Below, piece by piece: positions 33,876 through 46,222 of a stretch of DNA of 64,000 nucleotides (within the stretch, counting starts at the first letter, position 1; each line of letters begins with the position of its first letter). Both the position numbers and the translations under genes were made by a program. The notes beneath the pieces were generated by a model that was not told the origin of the DNA, did no database searches, and saw only the letters and a program-made list of their open reading frames with translations. The DNA comes from an uncultured Nitrososphaeraceae archaeon (GTDB lineage: Archaea > Thermoproteota > Nitrososphaeria > Nitrososphaerales > Nitrososphaeraceae), in contig CAVXZB010000047.1 of NCBI GenBank assembly GCA_963765895.1, forward strand, positions 1 to 64,000, given 5' to 3'.

Positions 33876-34391
33876 TTTTCTGTAACAATTATCACAAATG
33901 ACAATTGCAACTTATATATGTTGATGGGATAAATAGATTTCAATGTTTTAGGTTTAGGCATGTCTATGCTAAAGATGATCGAACAAAATCCATAATTCTT
34001 AAGATCCGCAAGTGCAAGGGTTTCTTTTCTTTCTTTTTCACCGAAAACTTGAACACGACGTGGAATACTACATATATTTTTGCACTAATCGCACAATGTT
34101 ATCATCACATAGTTAATATTCATAGTACTCTTAAAACTGTTATAAAAGATGACATACCTAATTTTTGGTATGGTCTATCGAGATTTTAGAATAGACAAAA
34201 AACCAGTCAATATAAGACAACTCGTCGTATGCTTATCTTTTTAATTTCACTCTCATCGGTTTCCTTCAATTTTTTTCCCAAGATTTGCTATTGAAGCCTC
34301 CGATTATCTGAATTTTATAAATCTACTAGGCGTAATAGTATTAATTTTTCATCATAAGTGAATGAGCGAAATCATCTAATAGAAAAAATAT

Positions 34392-34955
34392 TCATTTGGT
34401 CCATGGGGAATACGCAAGGAAATAAAATGCGGGATGGATTGATAGGCCCATTGTCTTTTCTGGACGAATCTTGATTATAATTCGCTTATGATTTGGTTTT
34501 CGATAGTAATATTTTCCGATTCCAAGATATCTTTTGGCAAGCCTTTTAAGATGCTCATCTGCACCGTCAGTTGTCTGCCCGATTACTCTTCCTTTTATTG
34601 ACACCATGTTAAATGGATTGTTCTGTTCAACAACAGATAGGGCTATTCTTTTATCATTTGTTATATGTTTATTTTTTGCTGAAGTTTCAAAGGTATTTAT
34701 TAAGATCAAATCGTCGACCATCTCTGCCCAAACTGGAGTGATGTGTGGAGAGCCATCTTTTGATAAAGTAGACAAGAAAGCCAAATTTCTACCTTTAAAA
34801 AATTGGTATACTTCTTCTTTAGTAAGTTGTGTTACACCTGCTGCTAATTCATTTGGTATAGATGTTGTTACATAACTTTCTGTTTCTATGGGAGGTACAT
34901 CAACAACCTCTACTGAAGTTGTTATTCTTCCGCTATTATCATTATCTTTTTGCAT
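34392..34955 (-). CDS. PPOX-class F420-dependent oxidoreductase
   Basis: LSTLSKDGSPHITPVW, K.KHI..D.RIALSV, LAKRYLG. Confidence 0.9.
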   Translation of the reverse strand: MQKDNDNSGRITTSVEVVDVPPIETESYVTTSIPNELAAGVTQLTKEEVYQFFKGRNLAFLSTLSKDGSPHITPVWAEMVDDLILINTFETSAKNKHITNDKRIALSVVEQNNPFNMVSIKGRVIGQTTDGADEHLKRLAKRYLGIGKYYYRKPNHKRIIIKIRPEKTMGLSIHPAFYFLAYSPWTK

Positions 34956-36021
34956 AGTGTAAGAAGATTAGATAACTGTATGTATTAATCATTATGCTAT
35001 ATGATATTTTAATCTTATGATCTTATAATAAACTCCTAATCGGGGCGCAAAATTTGTTCTTTACGTCGTCTACGTGTAGATACCTTTATTGCATATTCAG
35101 TAAATATCTTCGAAAGCCATCAGATGACTCCTGTTGCTATAGATTTGCGGCAACAAATTCTATCTTCTCTTGAAGATATTGGTAGAAGTGTAGGAGTGAT
35201 ATTCTATGCTACATTATGACAAAATAATCTGAACAAAATATACCGTGGCCGGAATTTGAACGCATCGATAGTCCCCTTAAAGGTTATGCGAAAAAGCCTG
35301 GCTGCACGAACTAAAGAATTTGAATTTCCAATTTGTTGAAATACAAACCTGGCTAGTGTATCGTTAAGCAGCATCTGTAATAATTTAAAATATTTCTATA
35401 TAAAACAAATGAATACCTTGTTCATATTTACGTGCAAAAAGTAAATTCAATGAATTATCTCTTGAATGAATGATTTAACCTTTGTTATGGCATTTTTGTT
35501 TGTGATATGGTATTTCGGTTTGACAACAACTACAAGTGGTAACCATATCTTTGGCACAGTAGATATCATCAATATTAATAAAGTCCTAAACATTATACCT
35601 TATTAATATCTACAGATCAACCTGCAATTCTCTACTGTTAATTGAATCGACTCACTATAGCAAATAATTTATTCACTATATATAAATCAGATTGAATCAA
35701 ATATTAATAGACTAACTATCTTTAACAGATCTTGTTACCTCAGAAGCTAAATCGAAAACCGAATTACTAAATTGTTCCTCTCTTCAAGATACAATTGTAA
35801 TATAACTAAGTCGGACATATGGACATATTCTATACAGGATTATGGTAATGTAAGATATTATTATCGCATGTAGAGACTAGGTATATGATATTACAATTTC
35901 ATACAAACTACCTAAAATAAAAGGCACAACGAAACTACGGCTCATTTATTTTCAAACTATATGTAATACCAAAATGTTAAGAGATTAAAATCCAGCAGCC
36001 AGGCTTATGAAAATATATGCA

Positions 36022-36453
36022 TCATATATCTTTCAAACTCTCGGTAACATGCTTATGTTTTTGATTCCAGTGTTCAAGAAATCTAGTAATTAATGGTTGA
36101 AAATCATCAGTTTTGTAGGTCATTTTTTCTCTGGATAGTTTGCCCATATACTTTCCATATTTTATGCAAGTCCAGCACCCTATGAATGGAATAAGTGGTG
36201 CGAAATAATAGCCTGTATGTCTTCCAGTAAATCCCCATGCTTCTCCCACCAAGCAATATTTAGAATCATAGGAGAGAATTCGTCTGTCCTTGATAGTTAA
36301 CCCAACTTTAAACTTAGTAGCCCAGGTAGGGCAAACCTCATCCAAGGTAAGTGTGGAAGAGGACTGCTGCATAATTGCCCTAGGCTTTCGATGGCGCATT
36401 CCATATATTTTTGATATTATCATAAGCTCACGTCTCAAATTAGATTTATTCAT
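36022..36453 (-). CDS. hypothetical Cys/His-containing protein
   Basis: CPTW, CLVGEAWG, CWTC, HWNQKH. Confidence 0.6.
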   Translation of the reverse strand: MNKSNLRRELMIISKIYGMRHRKPRAIMQQSSSTLTLDEVCPTWATKFKVGLTIKDRRILSYDSKYCLVGEAWGFTGRHTGYYFAPLIPFIGCWTCIKYGKYMGKLSREKMTYKTDDFQPLITRFLEHWNQKHKHVTESLKDI

Positions 36454-36890
36454 AAGTATAGACTATTCAACTGACTTTATTATTGTTTCATGAAATTTCC
36501 ATCATTGATAAGAAATATCGTTTTTTAGACCGCACTAAAGTAAAATTGACCACATAAACCAATTTAACCATAGTTGATGTCAAAGTATTTGCGTAAGTTC
36601 TAGCTTAATTCAGTAACAAATTACATCTACAAGTCTGTATCGTGAAGCCAGGTCGACAACTTTAATTATCTAATAAACCCTGCTTTGATCAACAATAATT
36701 CACTATTTTCTTCATCGTATGTTTTAGGAATATCAAACAAGATCACGAAAAGTCACTGGACAATATATCCAACTTTAACATGATGAATCAAAAAGTGTAG
36801 CAAGTTCTTCTTAAATCAGCTTTAGGTTAATATATTGTGTCTTACACTACCGGTGATTTGCCATGTGCTTATATTACTAAAAGTTATTTA

Positions 36891-38075
36891 TTAAACAGAA
36901 TGTACAAAACTAGTCGCCTTCTCGTGAAGAATTTTTGCAAATTGGTGTATATCAATATCTTTGAAAGGACTGATTTTTTTTAATGGAAACAGATCCTGTC
37001 CTTCATCCAATATTCCTCTTCCACGAAGGTCTTCAATAATTTTTTCTCTCAACTTTGGAGGACAGATCTTGCTATTATATACGCAACTAAGTGATCCATT
37101 AAACATCTCTTTAAGATGATCGTCGCCTTTTTCTTCATGAAAATGGGGATTCCTTGTTTCGACCTGCATTATTTCTACACCTTTGTCCATAGCATCATAG
37201 TTTTCCGTAGGCAATATACCTCCAAATTCCTCTAATATATTTACAATTTCATATGGTTCTACTGAAAAACCTGAAGAGTATGTTAACAGCTCGGCTAATT
37301 TAATTGACATACAATGTTCACCTGAATTTCCGGTACGCATAACTTCAGTCTCAAATCCAGTATAGTAAGATACTAATGAATTTAGGTACTGGTTTGTTAT
37401 TTCTGACACTCTTCCCCACTTCGAAAAATACAATCCACTCTCGGAAACCTTAGGCTTATAGATCCAGGATATCCGAACCATAGTATATGGTGAGTTGGAC
37501 ATCGCAATACCTGACGTAAATATTTTTACATATTCGTTCACAGCTCCTGGTACATAATTATCTGCGTCGATAAAACCGACATAATCCTTTCCTGCCATCT
37601 TGGCCAGAAGCATCCCAGTTATCATTCCTTCTGCTTTACCATTTCTAACAATATCATCTGGACCAAATATTGTGGTATGGCCAACTTGTTTCAGAGCTTC
37701 CGATAGACCTAAATCTTTTTGATGTAATATTATAGCATTTTTTCCTACAAATCTATTAAACTGTTCGAGGGCTTCTTTTTCTAGTTTGTATCTATCTACG
37801 GGCTGCCTTGGACTATTAGATACAATGATAGTCAGACAATCATGAGGAATTCCGCTTAATACCCCTTCCAAGAGCTTTAGACGCTCACCTTTGATCGGTA
37901 TAACTATTGCCATCTTTTTTTCGATTTCCGAGATTTCCTCGTTTCCAATGCTTTGAACTGTTTCAGAAGCCGTCCTACCATTATTGAATCCAGAATCTAA
38001 CTCATATACACGTTGAACTCCATGAAGGCTTATAGCTCCAAATCTCTCGGTATATCTTGGAAGGTCCAGTTTCAT
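36891..38075 (-). CDS. mpgS: mannosyl-3-phosphoglycerate synthase
   Basis: Start MKLDLPRYTERFG; VRNGKAEGM, GFIDADNY, KWGRVS, GNSGEH, ETRNPHFHE. Confidence 0.95.
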   Translation of the reverse strand: MKLDLPRYTERFGAISLHGVQRVYELDSGFNNGRTASETVQSIGNEEISEIEKKMAIVIPIKGERLKLLEGVLSGIPHDCLTIIVSNSPRQPVDRYKLEKEALEQFNRFVGKNAIILHQKDLGLSEALKQVGHTTIFGPDDIVRNGKAEGMITGMLLAKMAGKDYVGFIDADNYVPGAVNEYVKIFTSGIAMSNSPYTMVRISWIYKPKVSESGLYFSKWGRVSEITNQYLNSLVSYYTGFETEVMRTGNSGEHCMSIKLAELLTYSSGFSVEPYEIVNILEEFGGILPTENYDAMDKGVEIMQVETRNPHFHEEKGDDHLKEMFNGSLSCVYNSKICPPKLREKIIEDLRGRGILDEGQDLFPLKKISPFKDIDIHQFAKILHEKATSFVHSV

Positions 38076-38247
38076 ACCTTTAGAAGTGTTATAACTGCTT
38101 ATAACTATTAGGCGACAAAATATGAATTCGCATATAACAATCTCACCAGCAAGTAGCAACATAGTGTAAAATATACGATCAGAAATTTTGGCTTTCTAAA
38201 TATACAAAAAATGAAGCGATTAAGTTACTGTCTGTCCGTCTGTCTGC

Positions 38248-40449
38248 TTATTCCTTGTCTATGAATTCATCTGGGGTTGGAGGCTCCGGATTTAAGCCCT
38301 TTCTTTTTCTTATCTCTACTATCAAGTTTTTGAATATCGATTGTGGAACAGGCTGCCATGTCTTAAAATATGTATTCCACATAGCCTTACCCGCAGTACC
38401 TCCTCGCATGACTTCTGATAGATCAAATGTTTCAGATGCTGGGACTTCTCCTTGAATGATTGAAATAACTCCTTTTTGTTCCACGTTCAAAAGTTTACCT
38501 CGCTTACCAGATAATATGCCAGCTACAACACCGATTTGTTCTTGCGGGCATTTGATCTCAATGCCGAGCAATGGTTCGAGCAGAACTGGATCTGCAATTA
38601 ATATAGAGCCTAGCATAGCCCTTCTAGTTGCAGGCATTAATTGTGCCAGACCTCTGTGAGCTGGGTCTTCGTGCGGTACAAAGTGATGCAATACAAACTT
38701 TACGCCCCTTACAGACTCATGTGCAATAGGGCCTGAATGAAGTACATCATCGAAACCAGATTTGATAGAGTCCATTGATTCTTGGATAAACTGTACACCT
38801 TTAGTTTCATCAAGTAATATGTTCCCGCTTACATCTAACGCAGCAACACTTCTAGCTTCATCTGCAGGCCAACCCTTTTCTCTAAGAATTTTTGCCATTT
38901 CTTTTTTATCCATGTCTTCTTTTACATGTCCGGATCTAATCAAATCGACTATATTTTCATCAAGAGGCTCTACCCGCATGAAAATTTTATTATGCTTGTT
39001 TGGTGATTTGCTCATTATCGGTCCAGCTTTGGAACGTATAGTTTCTCGATAATTTATTAATGGTTGTGTAGTTGTTATGTCAAGACCTGCTTCTTGTAGT
39101 AACGAAGTAGCAATTTCGAGATGCAATACCCCCATTCCTGCCATTAGTGTCTCACCAGTTTCTTCGTTAATCTTAACGATCAAATTTGGATCCTCTACAG
39201 TAATCCTTCGTAAGGCTTCAACCAACTTAGGCAAATCTTTTGGATGTTTTGGTTCTACAGCAATTGTAACTACTGGCTCTGAAACATATTTGATTGATTC
39301 AAATGCAGGAATACTTTTTACAGTAGAAATGGTCTCACCAGCAACTGCATAATCGAGTCCGAGTAGCGCTGGGATATTCCCTGCTGGTAACATATTTACT
39401 ACTTCTCTAGTATTACCCATGTATATGTTCACTGATTGAACCTTTCCTAGTCGCTTAGCATCAATTAGACGTATTTCATCACCATCCTTAATCGTACCCG
39501 AGAAAAGTCGACCTGTCGCCACTCTTCCAGCCTGTGGATCTACGTTTATTGTTGTTACCATCATAGTTACCGGACCGCTTTCGTCGCACGAAAGAAGAGA
39601 CTTACCAATTTCTGAATCTAGATCACCTGGCCAAATCTTTGGTATTCTATACTTTTGAGCTACGTGTGGCGGAGGATGATGCTGTACAACCATCCCTAAA
39701 ACTGCTTCATGTAATGGAGCTCTTTCCGCGAGTGTTTTTATTGCATTGGGATCACTAGATGTATAGGCATCATAAACATCCTTGAAACTAACCGCTTTTT
39801 TCTGGGCAACTTTATAATTAAAACCCCATCTATCTTTTGCTGATCCGAATGCAACACTATTTCCTTGTATGCTAACTTTCCATACTTCCTTCTGTTCAGG
39901 CTCTGCGTAAATGTCAATTAGCCTATTGAATTCAGCAATTATGTTTGAAAGCCACTTCTGCATTTCAGCTGGATTTAATCTTAATTCTTTTACTAACCTG
40001 TCAATTTTATTTATGTATAAAACCGGCCTTACTCTTTCCTCAAGCGCCTGCCTTGTTACAGTCTCTGTCTGAGTCATAATACCTTCAACAGAATCTGATA
40101 CGACTACGACGCCATCAATTGCCCGAAGTGCTCTGGTAACTCTTCCTGTAAAATCAATGTGTCCAGGAGTGTCAATCATGTTAATCACATATTCCTTTCC
40201 CTCACTTTCGTAGAATAATGTAACATTTGCACCACGGATTGTCATCTGTCTGTTCTGTTCAAGTTTCATCGAGTCTAATGCAAGCGCTTGCCCTGCAACT
40301 GAAGGAGAAATTATACCGGATGCTGCTAAAAGACTATCACTCATCGTTGTCTTACCATGATCAACGTGTGCAATGACACCAAAATTACGAATTTGGTCTT
40401 TGTTCCCAACAATTCTAATGATATCCTGTGTCGATTTAAATTTAGGCAT
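38248..40449 (-). CDS. fusA: archaeal translation elongation factor 2
   Basis: AHVDHGKTT, DTPGH, NKID; diphthamide loop HEDPAHRG. Confidence 0.99.
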   Translation of the reverse strand: MPKFKSTQDIIRIVGNKDQIRNFGVIAHVDHGKTTMSDSLLAASGIISPSVAGQALALDSMKLEQNRQMTIRGANVTLFYESEGKEYVINMIDTPGHIDFTGRVTRALRAIDGVVVVSDSVEGIMTQTETVTRQALEERVRPVLYINKIDRLVKELRLNPAEMQKWLSNIIAEFNRLIDIYAEPEQKEVWKVSIQGNSVAFGSAKDRWGFNYKVAQKKAVSFKDVYDAYTSSDPNAIKTLAERAPLHEAVLGMVVQHHPPPHVAQKYRIPKIWPGDLDSEIGKSLLSCDESGPVTMMVTTINVDPQAGRVATGRLFSGTIKDGDEIRLIDAKRLGKVQSVNIYMGNTREVVNMLPAGNIPALLGLDYAVAGETISTVKSIPAFESIKYVSEPVVTIAVEPKHPKDLPKLVEALRRITVEDPNLIVKINEETGETLMAGMGVLHLEIATSLLQEAGLDITTTQPLINYRETIRSKAGPIMSKSPNKHNKIFMRVEPLDENIVDLIRSGHVKEDMDKKEMAKILREKGWPADEARSVAALDVSGNILLDETKGVQFIQESMDSIKSGFDDVLHSGPIAHESVRGVKFVLHHFVPHEDPAHRGLAQLMPATRRAMLGSILIADPVLLEPLLGIEIKCPQEQIGVVAGILSGKRGKLLNVEQKGVISIIQGEVPASETFDLSEVMRGGTAGKAMWNTYFKTWQPVPQSIFKNLIVEIRKRKGLNPEPPTPDEFIDKE

Positions 40450-40475
40450 TCAATCGGAAAAATTTTCGCTGGAGG

Positions 40476-40484
40476 TTTATTAAA
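40476..40484 (-). promoter_or_regulatory. TATA box candidate for fusA
   Basis: TTTAATAAA 27-35 nt upstream of the ATG, consistent with a near-leaderless transcript. Confidence 0.45.
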
Positions 40485-40746
40485 CGTTCCTTATTAACAA
40501 GAAAGGCATGTATTATATGTGCTATAATAAACCATACAATTATGACAATTACTCGATAATGGTATTAATAATCATGAGAGTTTGCATGTTGTTTATAACA
40601 AGGTTAGATTACATAATTCCAACTAAAGTTTATCAGTGGGTATTGGGTATATTTAACCATACTTAATCATCATCGCCTTAACGATTAATATGACAATGTT
40701 TATATATTATCTCTGATCCTTATCTTAAAGATTTAGACTACATTAA

Positions 40747-41487
40747 ATGTATGATTATACAATATACCTATCTGAAATATCAGAATATAAACAACTAAAA
40801 CTTGAAGAAGTTGAGAGATCCTTATTATTTAGAGTTATAAATACGTATGAATCTTCGGCCTATAAGATAGCATCTCATATTAGAATAAAACGTCTCTCAT
40901 CGCAATACAAATCTGAATTTCCTATTATGAAACGACTGCAAGAATATAAGTTTATTAGTGAAGTGCAACAGCCATCACTTCTCCGTGATTCAATATATTA
41001 TAAGTTAACCACTTTCGGACTATTTTATATCTTTTCTAATACACTGAACTATCCACCACAGCTATTGGTATATCATCCAGATAGCTCAATACTAAAAGCC
41101 CTGCTCTTTCAATATCTACAGCCCAACACAATTAGACAGTGTACTGGTCGATTCTATGCAACCATAACTCAGTATTTAAATGACTGTTGTAGAATAACTA
41201 TAAATGGTCTAACTAAATCCAAATTGCTCGGTAATATAGAACAAGGTCTAGTACAAATAGAGCAGAATCTGAGACAGGAAGCTAAAATTTTAGTGATTAA
41301 ATTAACGATAATGTACAACGAATCAAATCTATTAGCTGGCAGTCCTGACACAACAGATGAAAATGCAAGGCTTTCATTGTACGAGCTAGAAAGTAACATG
41401 AAAACAATACTATCAAAAGATAATAGATTCTTAGAATTTTTAGAAATAATCTATAGAGAAGTTAGCGAAACTCTTTCAGGACTCTGA
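40747..41487 (+). CDS. hypothetical protein with wHTH-like N-terminus
   Basis: SAYKIA..MKRLQEYKFI..YYKLTTFGL. Confidence 0.65.
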   Translation: MYDYTIYLSEISEYKQLKLEEVERSLLFRVINTYESSAYKIASHIRIKRLSSQYKSEFPIMKRLQEYKFISEVQQPSLLRDSIYYKLTTFGLFYIFSNTLNYPPQLLVYHPDSSILKALLFQYLQPNTIRQCTGRFYATITQYLNDCCRITINGLTKSKLLGNIEQGLVQIEQNLRQEAKILVIKLTIMYNESNLLAGSPDTTDENARLSLYELESNMKTILSKDNRFLEFLEIIYREVSETLSGL

Positions 41488-41681
41488 TAGGAATACTTGG
41501 GATTATTCGTCAATACTATTGTTAATTATTTGTGACGAGATTTAAGAAATCATTCATAATTATACAATATAAGATTGGTCAGCAGTTAACTGGTTTGCAA
41601 TAATATATATTAAGGATAGAATTTGAAGCAAGGAAAATAATATTTTACCATAATTAAGGCAATTCTCAATTAGCAATATCG

Positions 41682-42947
41682 TTACACAATATTGGATTCA
41701 TTCCTCATAGATCTCTGTATCATTATGACGAAAGTGAATATGGCCGCTACTACTAACCATCCGGATAGTCCAAAAAAGTATGACAATATGCGATGCAAAT
41801 TCAAAACATACTCCGAAGAAGATGATGACGGTTGGCCAAGAAGGAGATCTCCAGCTGCTCGCATACATAAAGATATAATAATCAAAATTAGAGGAATTTT
41901 ATTGAAGTTAGTAAAATGTATTATTTTTCCAATTATTGGAGGAAGCATAAGCGGCAAGTATAATGCTATGGTGAGCCCAATGAATCCTATGGCTATGATG
42001 TGAATCGCAAGGTCATAAAAAATATAGTATGGACCAACTAAAAAAAATAATAATGCTATTGTACTACCTAGAAGAAGAAACATAAAAGATAACCTAATGT
42101 GAACGACGATAAAGTTATAACGAGCCTTTTTTTCTCCACTAATAAGAAGTAGAATCTCACTATTATCAAATCCTCCAAATGCATAAACCGCAATAGCAAA
42201 TATCAAAACAGATGCAAAAAATGTAAAATTAAAAACCATCGAAAGTGACAATGTATTTAGGAAGATTAAAGATGCAAGACCAGAAATGATGCAGATAGAT
42301 ATCAATATGAATGAAATACGTGCTAAGGTTTTCCTTGGTCTTATATATCCAAGAAATGATGGTAATGTTTTATACTCAATTCCAAAAATCATGAGTGTCG
42401 GAAAAAGTAACCATAATAGAATCTGAGTTAAGGAATTTGAATATCCATTTCGCGATAGATCAATAAGGTTGACAGTTATTAAAGTAATTAGGCAAAGAGC
42501 AATAAAATAATCTGATAGCCTCAAGAGCTTAGGTCTAATTCTTAATGTCCAGAACAATAAGACTAGAAAGATTAGAATTCCAACTAACCTGGAAATCATA
42601 ATCTCCGTCGATAGATCCTTGTCACTTCCGACTGATTGTATAACCTGGAGGCTCAAAGATACAAGTATCAAAATGAATGAAACGTAGACCAACTTCACAG
42701 ACACAAGCTGCACATTTCTGAATCTTGGGATTATCATGTAACCTATTCCCATAATAAGCAACGTTAGAAAACCATCTACCTGTAACATTTTATGAAGTTG
42801 AAGTGTGCCATGTAGCCATGATGGAAGATTTATGCCGAAGATAGACATCAACCAGATTGATCCGATAAAGGATCCGATGAATAGAAGAATTATAGACGCT
42901 ATTATAAATGGCCTACTCGCGGTGCTGTAATTGATTGTCTTTGTCAA
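41682..42947 (-). CDS. NnrS-like polytopic membrane protein
   Basis: About 12 TMs; LHKMLQVDGF..IMGIGYMIIPRF and AIHIIAIGFIG..LP His motifs. Confidence 0.65.
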   Translation of the reverse strand: MTKTINYSTASRPFIIASIILLFIGSFIGSIWLMSIFGINLPSWLHGTLQLHKMLQVDGFLTLLIMGIGYMIIPRFRNVQLVSVKLVYVSFILILVSLSLQVIQSVGSDKDLSTEIMISRLVGILIFLVLLFWTLRIRPKLLRLSDYFIALCLITLITVNLIDLSRNGYSNSLTQILLWLLFPTLMIFGIEYKTLPSFLGYIRPRKTLARISFILISICIISGLASLIFLNTLSLSMVFNFTFFASVLIFAIAVYAFGGFDNSEILLLISGEKKARYNFIVVHIRLSFMFLLLGSTIALLFFLVGPYYIFYDLAIHIIAIGFIGLTIALYLPLMLPPIIGKIIHFTNFNKIPLILIIISLCMRAAGDLLLGQPSSSSSEYVLNLHRILSYFFGLSGWLVVAAIFTFVIMIQRSMRNESNIV

Positions 42948-43154
42948 AAACTGGATCCTTGTAAGAGTTCTTGTTCCAGGTCTATTTTATCCTTACAAAG
43001 GATAGGAAATTCTTTGATATGGCTCCATAGCTTTAAATGATATAAGCTTTTTCATTTTTTATCTAGCAATCCAATTTTAGCTTGATTTTCATACAAAGCA
43101 CGAACACTTTACATCGCCAATAGTTAATATGTTATGCGAGATACATGATGTAGG

Positions 43155-44629
43155 TTGAATCTTGAACAATGGTGTAAAATAGATGAGAGCATTTCAATTG
43201 CAGAAAATGATGAACAGTATAAACATTATGCCGGATTTGATTATAACGAAAAGTTGATGGAACATCTAGCAGAATTAAGGCTCAGTAATTCCAAAATCTT
43301 TATTGAACATATGGCTGATCCGACTCCACTTCTCCTTGGTGCGATAGAAGAAACTGCTTATTCCAAAACTAAAAGCCTTGAAATAGAACTTCACAACGCA
43401 AGGACTAAAATTATAGTGTCATCCAAATACACTTTTGATGGAACTCCGGTCAACTGGAACACATGGAGACAATTCAACAGTAAAGAGAAATCAGATGCAA
43501 GTAGAAAAGAAGTATTCGATGAATTTATTAGCAAAACTCATAACATCAGCCCTTTAATCGAAAGTAGATTCTCTTCAATAAAAGAAACGTACAAAGAATA
43601 CGAATTTGCTATTAAAGAGCACTCAACTAATACAAGGCAAAGACTAGATCCTCTTTCAGCGTATCTAAAAAATGAAAACATAAGATATGATGAATTAGTT
43701 GAATTTGTAAAGCTTTTAGGACAAAGAGTTAGAAATCCATTCAGGGAAGCATTGAATGAAGTTAGCAAGGTTGTTCTAAATAAGGAAGCAGAATATTACG
43801 ACGACTTTTATTTTTTCCGAAACAAGATCTACGAAGATATTGAATCTAGATTAGCTGTAGATCCACTGTTTGAAGTGAAGAAGATCCTAAGAGCAATGGA
43901 ATTTGATTTAAGCAATATTCACTTTGATATAGAAGATAGAAAGAATAAATACCCATCACCAATCTGCTTCTTTGTACAAATACCTCATGATATTAGAGTT
44001 CTATACAAAAGCGAAAGTTTCTATTTTGATTTACAAGGATGTTTTCATGAGACAGGTCATGCCATGCATGCAAGCTCAATCGACGAAAACAATCCTTATT
44101 GGGATAGGTATAGGATTCCAATGGGAATAGCAGAAATATTTTCTACACTTCTTGAAAGAATAACTAAGAATAGAACATACTTGCAATCACTTCTTGGTCG
44201 AGAGAACGAAGCGATTATTAATAAAATCTGCGCAAAAAATAAATTTCTAGAATTATTTTTTGTTACATTTTATGCTCCAATTCACTAATGAAATTAGAAT
44301 ATTGGAATAAAAATCTAACTGTAGATGAGGCCTGTCAAGTTTATACGCGTTTGATTAAAGAATATACAGGATTTGATATACCTGGACAATATTGGCTTTT
44401 ACATCACATACTTCCCGAATCAATAATGTATGTTCCAAGCTACTTACTTGCAGCAGTAAGAGCAGCTGAATTGGATTCACATATGAAGAATAGATTTGGA
44501 GATGCCTGGTGGTACAACAAAGAGTCCGGAAAGAGACTTAGAGAGATAATGAATCCAGGGGCTCAAATAGATCTGTCTATATTTTCCAAGTTAGATTCCG
44601 AAATCTTCTTAATGGAGATACTAAATTAA
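43155..44629 (+). CDS. M3-like gluzincin metallopeptidase, one frameshift near 44278
   Basis: FHETGHAMH, AEIFS, YVPSYLLA; the two ORFs abut. Confidence 0.8.
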
Positions 44630-45626
44630 ACCTTCATATCCATTTTTTATTAATACAATATCAATGTCAAATTGGAATAATTATTATGCTTGGTTACCTT
44701 TTCTCATTACGATGCCTGGGATTTCAGTAACTCATTTTGTTTTGTAAATCAGCACTGATCTTTAACGAATTAAATCGAGAGTACTAAGCGAAAGAAATAG
44801 TTAGACGTGTAGCTATTCTGACCTTCCGAATTCTTCATAGAAGATGGAAAATGGTTTATCATGAAACAATTTCTTGGAATAATAAAGATAAAGACATTAC
44901 CATTATCTCTTCAGGTCCACTCTTCTAAGGAGCTCTAAGTGGGCATTAATAGATTGATCAGCAACAGCTCCGATGTAATGAGAAACTAATAGGAGTTTTT
45001 AAAATACTATCTATATACCATGATTAGATGTCAGCGTATTGTGTGTATAGAAAAATGATCTATTGACCAATTACACTTGTGGAAATCTCTTCCATTATTA
45101 ATTTATCCTATAATACCATCTCATAAACCCTGGACTGGAATTACGTTCTCGGTTTGAATTCCCTTCTTCTTAGGATACCTCAAAATTTTTAACGTACATA
45201 AATCTAAGGTTAAGCATTTCTTGTTATGGATTTATCAATAGATAAGTTATTCTTATCAAAATATAACAATTTTAGACCTAGGCCAATCAGGATGGCAAGA
45301 TACATAGATACAGGCAAAAGTAGAACAATCTTAGGAATTGAGTCACTAAGACAGTGTGATAGAGTAGATGTTGATACGACGGGATAACAATCAGATCATT
45401 TTGTGTCTTTATCAACAAGGTTACAGTCATGTTGCAATGCCATGAACATATAAAGTAGATGCTGCCGTCTAAGGCGACAGTAGTCCAAATAGAATAATTA
45501 TTGTATTTGATATAATGCATTTATATTAACAATAGTAGTAATTTGCGCGTGGACGTTTTACTCTATCCCCTCCCCCTCCATAATACGTATCATATTTTAT
45601 AAAAGTCACAATATTATAAACTGACT

Positions 45627-45833
45627 ATGAGGAAGAAGAAGACATTACTCCAAATGGAATCTGATCAATTACAGGTTAAAGAAAGTGAAGGGACTAATAC
45701 TCATACAAACCAAGGTGAGATAGACCATGAAATTGAATGTCCTCGCTGCCATGATATAATGATACTTTCATCTGAGTTTGACAGACTCGGCTATTTTTGC
45801 GAAGAATGTAGTTTCTTACTATATCTGGCATAA
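45627..45833 (+). CDS. small zinc-ribbon protein
   Basis: CPRC..YFCEEC. Confidence 0.7.
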   Translation: MRKKKTLLQMESDQLQVKESEGTNTHTNQGEIDHEIECPRCHDIMILSSEFDRLGYFCEECSFLLYLA

Positions 45834-46222
45834 GCTGACAGAACCATGCCTTTGTTTAAACTAGCACATACAGGCCAACAAGGAATAAAAACTAGTTTCG
45901 ATCTTTGTACATAAATCTGATGTGAGGATTTTAAGATGATAATTGCATCTGGATATCTCTATAATCCGGTATAAAACAAATTTGTCCAAGATCAATTTAA
46001 GACTGTAAATCTCATCTTGGCATTTTATCAATGTAGAAATCCCCGAATACTACACAACGGTCAGTTAGCTTATGTCAGTTAGCTTATATCAATTCTAGCG
46101 TAGGCCATGGCAGCTTGAGATAACGTCATACATTAACAAGATATTTTTATAAGGCTATAATCAATCACTTTCTTGGCCTTTTCTTTTCACTTGTAAACAT
46201 TCAGCTTATAAACTGATTCCAA

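Noticed and set aside
38076-38162. N-terminal extension of MpgS in the ORF track
   Set aside because: Family similarity starts at MKLDLPRY; the upstream part looks non-coding.
38255-39352. Plus-strand ORFs within fusA, and similar antisense ORFs across the window
   Set aside because: Shadow frames of well-supported genes on the opposite strand.
38248-40449. EF-2 outside a str operon as a novelty
   Set aside because: A stand-alone EF-2 is common in TACK archaea, and the diphthamide motif is canonical.
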